From positions 1,593 through 65,592 of the forward strand of contig DUNL01000107.1 of NCBI GenBank assembly GCA_012839385.1: a DNA stretch of 64,000 nucleotides. The letters run 5' to 3'. A program made the translations under genes and the position numbers. The stretch is from Clostridiaceae bacterium. Lineage in GTDB: Bacteria; Bacillota; Clostridia; Saccharofermentanales; DTU023. The notes beneath the pieces were generated by a model. That model saw nothing but the letters and a program-made list of their open reading frames with translations, had not been told where the DNA came from and did no database searches. Below are positions 56,341 through 64,000 of this stretch, piece after piece. How positions within the stretch are numbered: the first letter of the stretch is position 1; every line of letters begins with the position of its first letter.

Positions 56341-57558
56341 ATGCAAGATTGCTTGAATTTTTTACCTGTAATTCTTGGTACCGATATAAATAGCTATGGC
56401 ATGGCTAGATCCTTCCATCAGGCCTATGGGTTAAAGTCTCTGGCCTTGGGGCGAAAAAAACAATACTTTACGGATGATTCCGCGATCATGGATGTGATAA
56501 TAACTCCTGAGTTCGACACGGAACCAGTTTTCCTGGAGCGAATTGTCCAAATCGGCTACGAATTAAGTAAACTTGATTTACCTCTCTTATTAGTTCCTTG
56601 TTCAGATGTTTATGTAGAGCTGGTCACAAAAAATCATGCGGCAATTAAACAGTTTTTTTACTTCAACTGTGTTGATGAAGAATTGCGTCTCGAATTAGAA
56701 AATAAACAAGACTTTTATGCCGCCTGTCAAAAACATGGTCTCCACTATCCGGAAACTGTAATTGTTAACAGAGGGTCCTATGAATCATTGGAACTCCCTT
56801 TTGGCTTCCCAATTATCGCGAAAGCGGACGACAGCATCGCCTATTTCAAAACTAAATTCGCAAACAAAAATAAGGCCTATACAGTCAACAGTAAGCCGGA
56901 ATTGAAAAGAATTTTGGATACTGTATATAGCGCGGGCTATAAGGGAGATATGATATTGCAGGACTTCATACCGGGTGGAATGGAAACAATGTATGTCCTC
57001 AATGCCTATGTCGATAAAAGCAATGAGGTGCGCTTTACTAGTACCGCTCGTTGTCTGTTGGACGAATGTCTACCTGCTGACATAGGTAACTATAATGCGC
57101 TTGTTACCGGCGATTTCCCGGAAATCGACGCGCAATGTAAGTCGTTTCTTGAAGCCATAAACTATAGAGGTTTTGCCAATTTTGATTTTAAATTTGACCA
57201 CCGTGACGGTAAGTATAAGGTATTTGAATTAAATCTACGCCAAGGAAGATCCAGCTTTTACACTACAGCTGCAGGTTGCAATCTGGCAACCTGGCTGGTC
57301 GAAGATTTACTTGGCGAAGGATGTTCAGGATACTTAAGACATACTGATGAGCATTTATGGCTTAATGTTGCCAAAAAAGTACTCCGCGAGTACACCCCCC
57401 AAGAAATGAGACCATTAGCCAATAGATTAATCGCGGAGAAGAAATTTAGTTACACTCTCGACTACAAAAAGGATCGATCCTTGAAAAGACGTTTGGCATT
57501 TTTGAGGCGAAAATTATCTACTATTCATTACTATCCACGTTACTGCAAACTTGACTAA
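56341..57558 (+). CDS. ATP-grasp carboxylate-amine ligase (D-aspartate-ligase-like)
   Basis: 405 aa. Pre-ATP-grasp N-terminus (PVILGTDINSYGMARS), ATP-grasp core (LQDFIPGG, FANFDFKFD, FELNLRQGRS). Substrate unknown. Confidence 0.7.
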   Translation: MQDCLNFLPVILGTDINSYGMARSFHQAYGLKSLALGRKKQYFTDDSAIMDVIITPEFDTEPVFLERIVQIGYELSKLDLPLLLVPCSDVYVELVTKNHAAIKQFFYFNCVDEELRLELENKQDFYAACQKHGLHYPETVIVNRGSYESLELPFGFPIIAKADDSIAYFKTKFANKNKAYTVNSKPELKRILDTVYSAGYKGDMILQDFIPGGMETMYVLNAYVDKSNEVRFTSTARCLLDECLPADIGNYNALVTGDFPEIDAQCKSFLEAINYRGFANFDFKFDHRDGKYKVFELNLRQGRSSFYTTAAGCNLATWLVEDLLGEGCSGYLRHTDEHLWLNVAKKVLREYTPQEMRPLANRLIAEKKFSYTLDYKKDRSLKRRLAFLRRKLSTIHYYPRYCKLD

Positions 57559-57600
57559 GAACCATAAATAATTTAATTAGGCGCGAAGCTAGCAATTTTG

Positions 57601-58245
57601 TTAATCTCTTTTATACCCTCTGGCTAAATCTTCGTCATAAATCGCCCTGTCGCCACCTATTGTTTTGGGCCTGGTACGGGCAGCGGTGACGTGAGCGAAA
57701 CCAATATTTTTCACCTGCAATCTAACTGAGACAACTACATCCTTAAGATGCATGCCAATAAAAGTATCTCCAATATCTAATCCGGCGTCAGCCTTTATTT
57801 TCTCGACAGCGACAGGGTGCTTCATAGTTTCGTACGCTCGCGCGGCAAAAGAGCCGCCACCCTTCTGCCAAGGAATAACATTTACTATTTCCGCATCGGG
57901 GACTACCGCGCGCTCGATGATTATACAACGGTTCAAATGCTCACAGCATTGAGCGGCAAGATGTATTTTGTTTTGGGCCAACACTTCCGCGATTGTATCG
58001 TATATGACATTGGCAATTTCGGTACTAGGAGAAGAGCCGATCCTATGACCACTAACTTCACTACTGGAACAGCCTACTACAACTATTATGCCCGGTGTTA
58101 AATGCGCGTCATTGACCAACTGAGTGATAGCTGACCTGGTTTCATTTTCAATCTCGCGTAGAAAACTTTGGTCTTCAGACAACTGCTTATCGCCTGAGTC
58201 CATATTGCTTAGAGTCGCTTCTCTTTTCTTTGCCTCATCTGTCAT
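57601..58245 (-). CDS. TIGR01440/UPF0340 (YwlG-like) family protein
   Basis: The VVVGCSSSEVSGHRIGS motif is characteristic of this family. The roughly 35-aa hydrophilic N-terminal extension suggests the start may be internal. Confidence 0.65.
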   Translation of the reverse strand: MTDEAKKREATLSNMDSGDKQLSEDQSFLREIENETRSAITQLVNDAHLTPGIIVVVGCSSSEVSGHRIGSSPSTEIANVIYDTIAEVLAQNKIHLAAQCCEHLNRCIIIERAVVPDAEIVNVIPWQKGGGSFAARAYETMKHPVAVEKIKADAGLDIGDTFIGMHLKDVVVSVRLQVKNIGFAHVTAARTRPKTIGGDRAIYDEDLARGYKRD

Positions 58246-58380
58246 CTAACCATCTTCCTTTCTTAATTAGTAAAGCTATTTAACTTTTATTTCTCAACTA
58301 CAATTATAAGCTTAATCGCGACCTTAATATAGTTCAGGCAGACAAAATAATTTATATGCTCGCGGGAAGAAACTTCTATA

Positions 58381-59031
58381 TCAGCAAGACATGCGCGCTC
58401 TGATATAGGGATGTCTCTCCAAAACCGTGATAATAATAAAACCAGCGACAAGTCCAAAGGCTCCCTGACCTAGATTGCCTACAATCCCCACCGAGGCTCC
58501 GAGACCCATACCCAAGATAATCGCTTCATAGATAAAATAACCTAAAACCATAAACAGTTCAGCCACAATGCCACTGATAATTCTAGGTATAATGCGCGCG
58601 TTTTTGCCACGTCTAGATAATAATGTGAACAAGCTGGAAGCAATAAAGGCTACCCCACCCTTGATAATCAAAGTTCCGGGAGCGAACATAGTATATCCCG
58701 CGATCAAATCCGCCAGCATGGAACCGATGCCAGCCGAGGCAGTACCGTATACAGGGCCCAGAATCCATGCGGAAACAAGAACAACGACATCTCCCATATT
58801 TAGAAAACCTCGTGAAGGAGTAGGTATCTGAACCAGCAAGGTAGCTACTGTTGTCAAGGCTGCCAGCATACCCGCGATTACCAGTTTTTGCACTGAACTT
58901 AGCCTCGCGTTACTGTCGGTATCGTAGCTACTCACATCCGAGTTTCTCTGTTGATCTTTGTTTACGTTCTTTGCCTCACGATTGATTTCTTCGACCGCAT
59001 TCTCAGTCTCGCCATTATAATTTTTTCTCAT
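58381..59031 (-). CDS. ECF transporter S (substrate-capture) component, substrate unknown
   Basis: 216 aa. A roughly 50-aa polar N-terminal tail is followed by 5-6 TM segments with an ECF-S-like GFLNMGDVVVLVSAWILGP segment. Confidence 0.65.
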   Translation of the reverse strand: MRKNYNGETENAVEEINREAKNVNKDQQRNSDVSSYDTDSNARLSSVQKLVIAGMLAALTTVATLLVQIPTPSRGFLNMGDVVVLVSAWILGPVYGTASAGIGSMLADLIAGYTMFAPGTLIIKGGVAFIASSLFTLLSRRGKNARIIPRIISGIVAELFMVLGYFIYEAIILGMGLGASVGIVGNLGQGAFGLVAGFIIITVLERHPYIRARMSC

Positions 59032-59172
59032 TATCCAGTTACCTCTAAAAATCTATTTTTACTATCATTAATTTTGCTTTAGTCCGCATTTGTTAAGACA
59101 TATATCCATAAATTCTTGCCATAATAAACTCCCACAAACCCTTCATATTTATTGTAGCATTGAATGTAAATG

Positions 59173-61026
59173 CTAAGGACAAGCTGATTTATCCGCGGGT
59201 TGAACCTGGTAGCTCTCCAATCTGTGATTTAGCGCGTAATTAGTGCGGCTTTTGTTATCTTTTGGCAAACGGTATTTGTCTCGATAAATTTCGTATCTTC
59301 TCCTAAAGCCCATACTGTCTTTTTTAACATGGGCAAGATATTCATGAGTATTAAAGCCATTCGCGTGGATCTCAATCATAGCTACTGAAATATTACTGCA
59401 ATGATCCGCGATCCTTTCCATGCTGGTTGTAATATCGGAAAAAATAAATCCAAGCTCTAAAGTACATGTAGCGCTGGTAAGTCTAACAATATGCCTGGCG
59501 GTCAACTCATCATTGAGTCGGTCTATAACCTCTTCCAAAGGCTCAACCTGAGTCGCGATATCAATATCCTCAAAAAGCAGAGCTCTGAAAGCAAGCTCTA
59601 CACATTTTCTGACCGCGTCCTGATATACTTTTAACTCATTACGAGCCTGTTCGGAGAAATTAACTTTCTTCTCATACATCTCGGCGGCGGAATTCGCTAC
59701 ATGAACTGAATGGTCGGAGATACGCTCCAATTCAACTATATTCTGCAACCAAATCGCGATTGATTTGTATTCGTCTTCTTGTAATTCCCGGGCCGACAAC
59801 TTAACCATATAAGATCCCAGTTTATCTTCATAGCGATCAACCAACTTCTCCAGGGATGTGACCTCAACCAAACCCTCATGACTGAAATCACTCAAGAGAT
59901 CAAAAGCTTTATACAAGCCTTGTTGTGTTTTTTCAACCATATCGGCTACTAATTTTCGGCATTGTTCAACCGCTAAGGCAGGTGTGTCAAAAAATCTTGT
60001 ATCCAATAATTTGAATCTCTCTTCAATCTGACTGGCCACAATGTCTTGCTCTTTATCAGGCACAATCATGTGGCAAAATTTTTCCATTTTGGTTGTAAAG
60101 GGCAACATCAATAAAGTGCCGAAGATATTAAATAATGAGTGAACAATGGCGATACCTACAGGTGTAATATCAGCGTTTAAAAAATTGAAATTTATGAATA
60201 CGTCTAACGAATAAAAGCCTATTAAAAATACCGCCGTGCCCATTACATTAAAGGTAAGATGAAAAATTGCCACTCGCTTGGCATTGCGATTTGCTCCTAT
60301 GGAAGAAATCAAGGCAGTGACTGTAGTGCCAATGTTTTGACCCATAATAATCGGTATCGCGGAACCAAAAGAGACCATGCCAGTGCGCGACAAGGCTTGT
60401 AAAATACCAACTGACGCCGATGAAGACTGGATGACAGCTGTTAGCAAGGCACCCACTATAACTCCAAAAATTGGATGCGCGAACAAAACAAATAGTTTTC
60501 TGAAACCCTCTAATTCCGCCAAGGGGGCAACAGATTCCGACATTGCTTCCATTCCGAACATCAAGATAGAGAAACCCAAAAGGATTCTGGCGATATTATG
60601 CTTTCTTTCATTTTTAGTAAAGAGGATAAAAACTACACCGATAATGGCCATGATAGGGGTAAAAGATTTGGGGTTTAGCATGCGTATTAAAAAATTGTCT
60701 CCACCGATACCAATCAAGCTTAAGATCCAAGAAGTGATAGTCGTACCGATATTGGCGCCCATAATCACTGTCATAGCATTTGTTAACCCTATAATTCCGG
60801 CATTAACCAAGCCCACAAGCATGACCGTGGTAGCAGACGAAGATTGTATAATGGCTGTTATGCCCGCTCCCAGAGTGACACCTTTTAAACGATTGGAGGT
60901 GAGATTCTCTAAAATAGATTGTAATTTGGAACCGGATAGTCTAGTAAGTCCTACACCCATAAGATTCATTCCATAGAGAAAAAGCGCGAGGCCACCGGTT
61001 AGCGATAATATACTAAATAAATCCAT
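59173..61026 (-). CDS. Na+/phosphate cotransporter family protein with C-terminal PhoU-like repeats
   Basis: 617 aa. Duplicated Na_Pi_cotrans QSSSATT/QSSSASV motifs and two PhoU-type E-R-I-(S/A)-D-H motifs. Confidence 0.9.
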   Translation of the reverse strand: MDLFSILSLTGGLALFLYGMNLMGVGLTRLSGSKLQSILENLTSNRLKGVTLGAGITAIIQSSSATTVMLVGLVNAGIIGLTNAMTVIMGANIGTTITSWILSLIGIGGDNFLIRMLNPKSFTPIMAIIGVVFILFTKNERKHNIARILLGFSILMFGMEAMSESVAPLAELEGFRKLFVLFAHPIFGVIVGALLTAVIQSSSASVGILQALSRTGMVSFGSAIPIIMGQNIGTTVTALISSIGANRNAKRVAIFHLTFNVMGTAVFLIGFYSLDVFINFNFLNADITPVGIAIVHSLFNIFGTLLMLPFTTKMEKFCHMIVPDKEQDIVASQIEERFKLLDTRFFDTPALAVEQCRKLVADMVEKTQQGLYKAFDLLSDFSHEGLVEVTSLEKLVDRYEDKLGSYMVKLSARELQEDEYKSIAIWLQNIVELERISDHSVHVANSAAEMYEKKVNFSEQARNELKVYQDAVRKCVELAFRALLFEDIDIATQVEPLEEVIDRLNDELTARHIVRLTSATCTLELGFIFSDITTSMERIADHCSNISVAMIEIHANGFNTHEYLAHVKKDSMGFRRRYEIYRDKYRLPKDNKSRTNYALNHRLESYQVQPADKSACP

Positions 61027-61397
61027 AAATCTTCCTATAGATATACCTGATTAGTTATCTTTGCCTAACATAGTTTTTTACATTCTGTATAAATAGACTC
61101 TATTGCAAGTGGATTTCTTTCATTTGCTTACATATAGCTTACACAAATTTAACATATATCGCTAGCAGTAAAACTTCTTAAACGGGAAAAATCTCTTGTT
61201 GATTTGGCTCTTAAAAATATTTACCTGCGAACTCAGCAGGGAATCAAATTGGATTTTTATATGCTAATCTGTTAACAAAGGCATTTATAACACTTAGTGA
61301 GTTATACTATTGGAATGTATCAATATAATCTTGTTCTATCATAGTCTGTAGTAAAGGATAATCTGCGCGCAGTAGCAGTAATTAGGAGTAATATACA

Positions 61398-62435
61398 ATG
61401 TTGCAACAAATTGAAAATATTAGTCAGCAAGCGATGGTAGCACTGAGGAACGCCAGTAGCGAGGAAGAATTACAGAAAATATCCCGGCAATATATGGGTA
61501 AAAACGGTGAATTAACTACCGTCTTAAAGGGACTGGGGGCCTTAGAGCCAGAAGCGAGAAAAACCACCGGGCAGGCAGCAAATAAGGCTAAAAATATGCT
61601 ACAGCAGCTGCTTGAAGAGAGAAAAATCGAGATTAGTAATAACGCTCCGGTATTAGATCATCCGCTTGATCTGACCTTGCCCGGTCTCAGACCTCCAGAC
61701 GGAGGATTACATCCAATTACACAAATGAGCTATGATCTCAATGACGCTTTCTTGTCTCTGGGCTTTGTTCTCTTTTCGGAGTCTGAGATCTCAAGTGAGT
61801 TATTCGCGTTTGATAATCTCAACTTCCCGCCCGACCATCCCGCTCGTGAGTCAATGGACACATACTGGCTAGATAATACTGAAGATAAACAAGGTGCCGA
61901 ACGCCTTTGTCTGCGTCCACATCTGACCGGGGCCAGCGTAAGATATCTTAGAAAATACGGTGCCCCCGCCCGCTTTATCTATCCGGGCCGAGTCTATAGG
62001 AACGAGTCTACCGATGCCCGCCATGAGCGAGCTTTTTTCCAGTATGAGGCGCTGATCGTTGAAAAGGACTTCCCCTTTGCCTCCGGTCGGCTTTTGATCA
62101 ATACAATCCTGGAAAAGGTCTTCGGCCATAAGGTTAACACGAGAATGAGGGCTGGATTTTTCCCCTTTGTAGAACCCGGTTTTGAAATAGATATGGAATG
62201 TCAGGTCTGTGGCGGCGAGGGTTGTCGTGTCTGTAAGAATGTTGGCTGGATTGAAGTCATGCCCGGCGGCACCCCGCATCCCAATGTGCTTAGAGCCGCG
62301 GGATTAGATCCCAATGCTTGGAGTGGTTTCTACATCAATATCGGGCTCGATAGGCTGGTGATGATGCGCTATGGCGTGGAAGATGTCCGACTATTTCACA
62401 GTGGGGATCTGCGTTTCTTATCTCAGTTCAGATAA
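61398..62435 (+). CDS. pheS: Phenylalanine--tRNA ligase alpha subunit
   Basis: 345 aa. Class II motifs (FPPDHPARE, GRVYRNE, GLDRLVMM). TAGGAG SD. Confidence 0.95.
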   Translation: MLQQIENISQQAMVALRNASSEEELQKISRQYMGKNGELTTVLKGLGALEPEARKTTGQAANKAKNMLQQLLEERKIEISNNAPVLDHPLDLTLPGLRPPDGGLHPITQMSYDLNDAFLSLGFVLFSESEISSELFAFDNLNFPPDHPARESMDTYWLDNTEDKQGAERLCLRPHLTGASVRYLRKYGAPARFIYPGRVYRNESTDARHERAFFQYEALIVEKDFPFASGRLLINTILEKVFGHKVNTRMRAGFFPFVEPGFEIDMECQVCGGEGCRVCKNVGWIEVMPGGTPHPNVLRAAGLDPNAWSGFYINIGLDRLVMMRYGVEDVRLFHSGDLRFLSQFR

Positions 62436-62528
62436 GAGATCCTACCCCCGTTGATCGCGTTCGTCAAAACATGAGTCCGGTAATAAATACTGTAGTTAAA
62501 AGGAGGAGGCTTTGTAGCCTTTAGAGAT

Positions 62529-64000
62529 ATGAAGGTTTCGTTGAATTGGATAAGAGATTATGTTGATCTGAGTGGGTTGGAGGCCAGTGAGCTGGCGCAT
62601 GAACTGACAATGCGCACTGTTGAGGTGGAAGATATCATTGTCCAGAAAGAGACCTACGACAAGATCGTAGTTGGCTTAATAAGTGAACTTAGAAAGCATC
62701 CTAACGCTGATAAGTTAAAAGTGACCATTGTTGATGTCGGCGCTGATGAGCCTGCCACCATAGTTTGCGGGGGCTGTAATCTCTATGAGGGACAAAGAGT
62801 TATCGTAGCTCTCCCCGGATCGTATGTAAGGTGGCATGGCGAAGGAGAGCCGGTTGAAATCAAGAGCACAAAGCTTAGAGGCGTTATGAGTTACGGTATG
62901 ATCTGCGCCTCTGAGGAAGTTGAGCTTGGAGAACTGTTTCCGGCAAGTAAAGAAGCTGAAATTGTTGATCTGAAGGATTTTGACGTACCGGCAGGTATGC
63001 CTATCTCGGAAGCTTTGCAACTTGATGACATCATTTTAGAGATAGACAATAAATCACTCACCAATCGCCCTGATCTTTGGGGCCACTACGGTATCGCTCG
63101 CGAGTTCGCGGCTATCTTCAAACGTGAGCTAAAACCGCTGACTACTTACACTCTTGATACAAATCTCAGAGGCACAAAAGATGCTCTGCCTATAACCATT
63201 GAAGCTCCTGAACGCTGTTTACGCTACGCGGGCTTGGTCTTTACCGGTGTAGATGCCCGGGAGGCCCCTTACTGGATGCGACTACGTCTTAGTTCAGCGG
63301 GAATGAGTCCACATAATTGTCTGATAGACATCACCAATTATGTCATGTTGACTACCGGCTGTCCTACTCATGGTTTTGATCGCCGTTTTGTTGAGGAGGA
63401 AATTATTGTCAGAGAAGCCAAACCGGGAGAAACACTGGAGTTACTGGACGATACTTTCTTGGAATTGACCGGTGAGGATCTGGTTATTTGTGACGCTAAA
63501 GAACCAATGGCCTTAGCCGGCATCAAGGGCGGGAAAAAGGATTCCCTTCACGAGGACACAACTGAACTCGTCCTGGAGGTGGCGATCTTTGACGCTATTA
63601 GTATTCGCAAAACCGCGCAACGCTTTAATATTCGCACCGAAGCCTCCGCGCGTTATGAGAAAGCTCTGGATACGCCGCGAGCTGATCAGTCACTAGCTTT
63701 GGCCTGTGATTTGATTTTCAAGCATTTTCCCGCGGCTAAACTTCTCGGCTATGAGGATGTGGTGGCCAAGCATACCGAACCAGTCGTGATTCAAGTAGAT
63801 ATTGAGGATTTATCGAGAAATCTGGGCCGAAAGACTACCGTAAATGATGTCCGTTCTATCCTGTCAGCATTGGGTTTCACCGTCACGGGCGATGAAATCT
63901 TAACTGTGACCGCCCCCAGTTGGCGCTCAACCGGAGATATTGAGGAATTTTGCGACATTGTTGAAGAAGTCGCCCGTATCATCGGCTATGAGAATTTTGC
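62529..64000 (+). CDS. pheT: Phenylalanine--tRNA ligase beta subunit, 3' end beyond the window
   Basis: Hand translation from ATG 62529 (AAAGGAGGAGG SD at about 62499-62509) is open to the window end. It reads MKVSLNWIRDYVDL..., with the tRNA-binding domain (KHPNADKLKV), LEIDNKSLTNRPDLWGHYGIAREF and the B3/4 domain. It is absent from the ORF track because no stop lies in the window. Confidence 0.93.
   Translation, partial: MKVSLNWIRDYVDLSGLEASELAHELTMRTVEVEDIIVQKETYDKIVVGLISELRKHPNADKLKVTIVDVGADEPATIVCGGCNLYEGQRVIVALPGSYVRWHGEGEPVEIKSTKLRGVMSYGMICASEEVELGELFPASKEAEIVDLKDFDVPAGMPISEALQLDDIILEIDNKSLTNRPDLWGHYGIAREFAAIFKRELKPLTTYTLDTNLRGTKDALPITIEAPERCLRYAGLVFTGVDAREAPYWMRLRLSSAGMSPHNCLIDITNYVMLTTGCPTHGFDRRFVEEEIIVREAKPGETLELLDDTFLELTGEDLVICDAKEPMALAGIKGGKKDSLHEDTTELVLEVAIFDAISIRKTAQRFNIRTEASARYEKALDTPRADQSLALACDLIFKHFPAAKLLGYEDVVAKHTEPVVIQVDIEDLSRNLGRKTTVNDVRSILSALGFTVTGDEILTVTAPSWRSTGDIEEFCDIVEEVARIIGYENF

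Noticed and set aside
59032-59172. Riboswitch upstream of the ECF S-component
   Set aside because: None of the conserved cores I know (TPP CUGAGA, FMN, THF, preQ1, B12, biotin BirA operator pair) could be found. Not called.
60377-60976. 199-aa plus-strand ORF
   Set aside because: It is antisense to the Na/Pi cotransporter gene, which has duplicated QSSSA motifs. The ORF has no SD and no family resemblance.
61027-61397. T-box leader or Phe-rich attenuator peptide for pheST
   Set aside because: No T-box core sequence or terminator/antiterminator pair was visible. The only Phe-containing mini-frame lacks an ATG and an SD. Reported only as an absence that needs cmsearch confirmation.
62715-63020. 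101-aa minus-strand ORF (and the one at 63791-63982)
   Set aside because: Antisense to the open pheT frame, which carries clear PheT domains.
1-64000. Scan for tRNA/rRNA genes, IS elements, integrases, prophage, CRISPR-Cas, toxin-antitoxin or known defence systems
   Set aside because: Intergenic regions are short (mostly under 300 bp) and none shows tRNA-like T-arm/CCA features. No ORF resembles a transposase, recombinase, Cas or defence protein. A by-eye scan only, so small RNAs could be missed.

Overview
This 64-kb window reads as chromosomal, mostly core metabolic DNA from a low-to-moderate-GC bacterium. The gene content (anaerobic cbi pathway, CbiMNQO, hydantoinase, GrdX-like gene) suggests an anaerobic Firmicute-like organism, but no taxon can be assigned from sequence alone.

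**Main content**
- A nine-gene, translationally coupled anaerobic cobalamin operon runs on the minus strand, cbiD-F-G-H-J-ET-A-C-P (11.4-20.1 kb).
- A tetrapyrrole cluster is divergent from it: sirC-hemC-cobA/hemD-hemB (20.2-24.1 kb).
- A second B12 locus (38.6-43.1 kb) carries cbiM-N-Q-O plus a fused cbiK-cbiL, behind a hand-recognised cobalamin riboswitch with an intrinsic terminator.
- Other genes include ppx-ppk1, hydantoinase/oxoprolinase hyuAB with a DUF554 membrane protein, and a cytoplasmic GH13 alpha-amylase.
- There is also a lipoprotein thermonuclease next to an OmpR/HK two-component system, a CadC/ArsR repressor with an HMA-less P-type ATPase, and azlCD.
- The remainder comprises an ATP-grasp ligase, an ECF S-component, a Na/Pi-PhoU transporter, pheS and housekeeping genes (trxA, tadA, plsC-like, hflX, DEAD-box helicase).
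- Two real genes are missing from the ORF track because they run off the window edges: nnr (1-1391, minus) and pheT (62529-64000, plus).

**Best candidate for something new**
- A two-gene cassette lies at 44.7-49.1 kb.
- It encodes a 1108-aa adenylation / carrier-protein / alpha-oxoamine-synthase fusion preceded by an ACC-deaminase / D-cysteine-desulfhydrase-fold PLP enzyme.
- I predict it makes an alpha-amino-ketone (sphingoid-base-like or signal-like) lipid.

**Other points worth a second look**
- The cbiP lacks its glutamine-amidotransferase domain.
- A perfect 21-nt direct repeat sits in the convergent spacer just downstream of cbiP.
- The B12 riboswitch gates only cobalt import and chelation, not the main cbi operon.

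**Limits**
- I saw no rRNA, tRNA, IS/transposase, integrase, CRISPR array or recognisable defence system by eye.
- Coordinates of non-ORF features were hand-indexed and may be off by 1-2 nt.
- No searches or folding programs were run.
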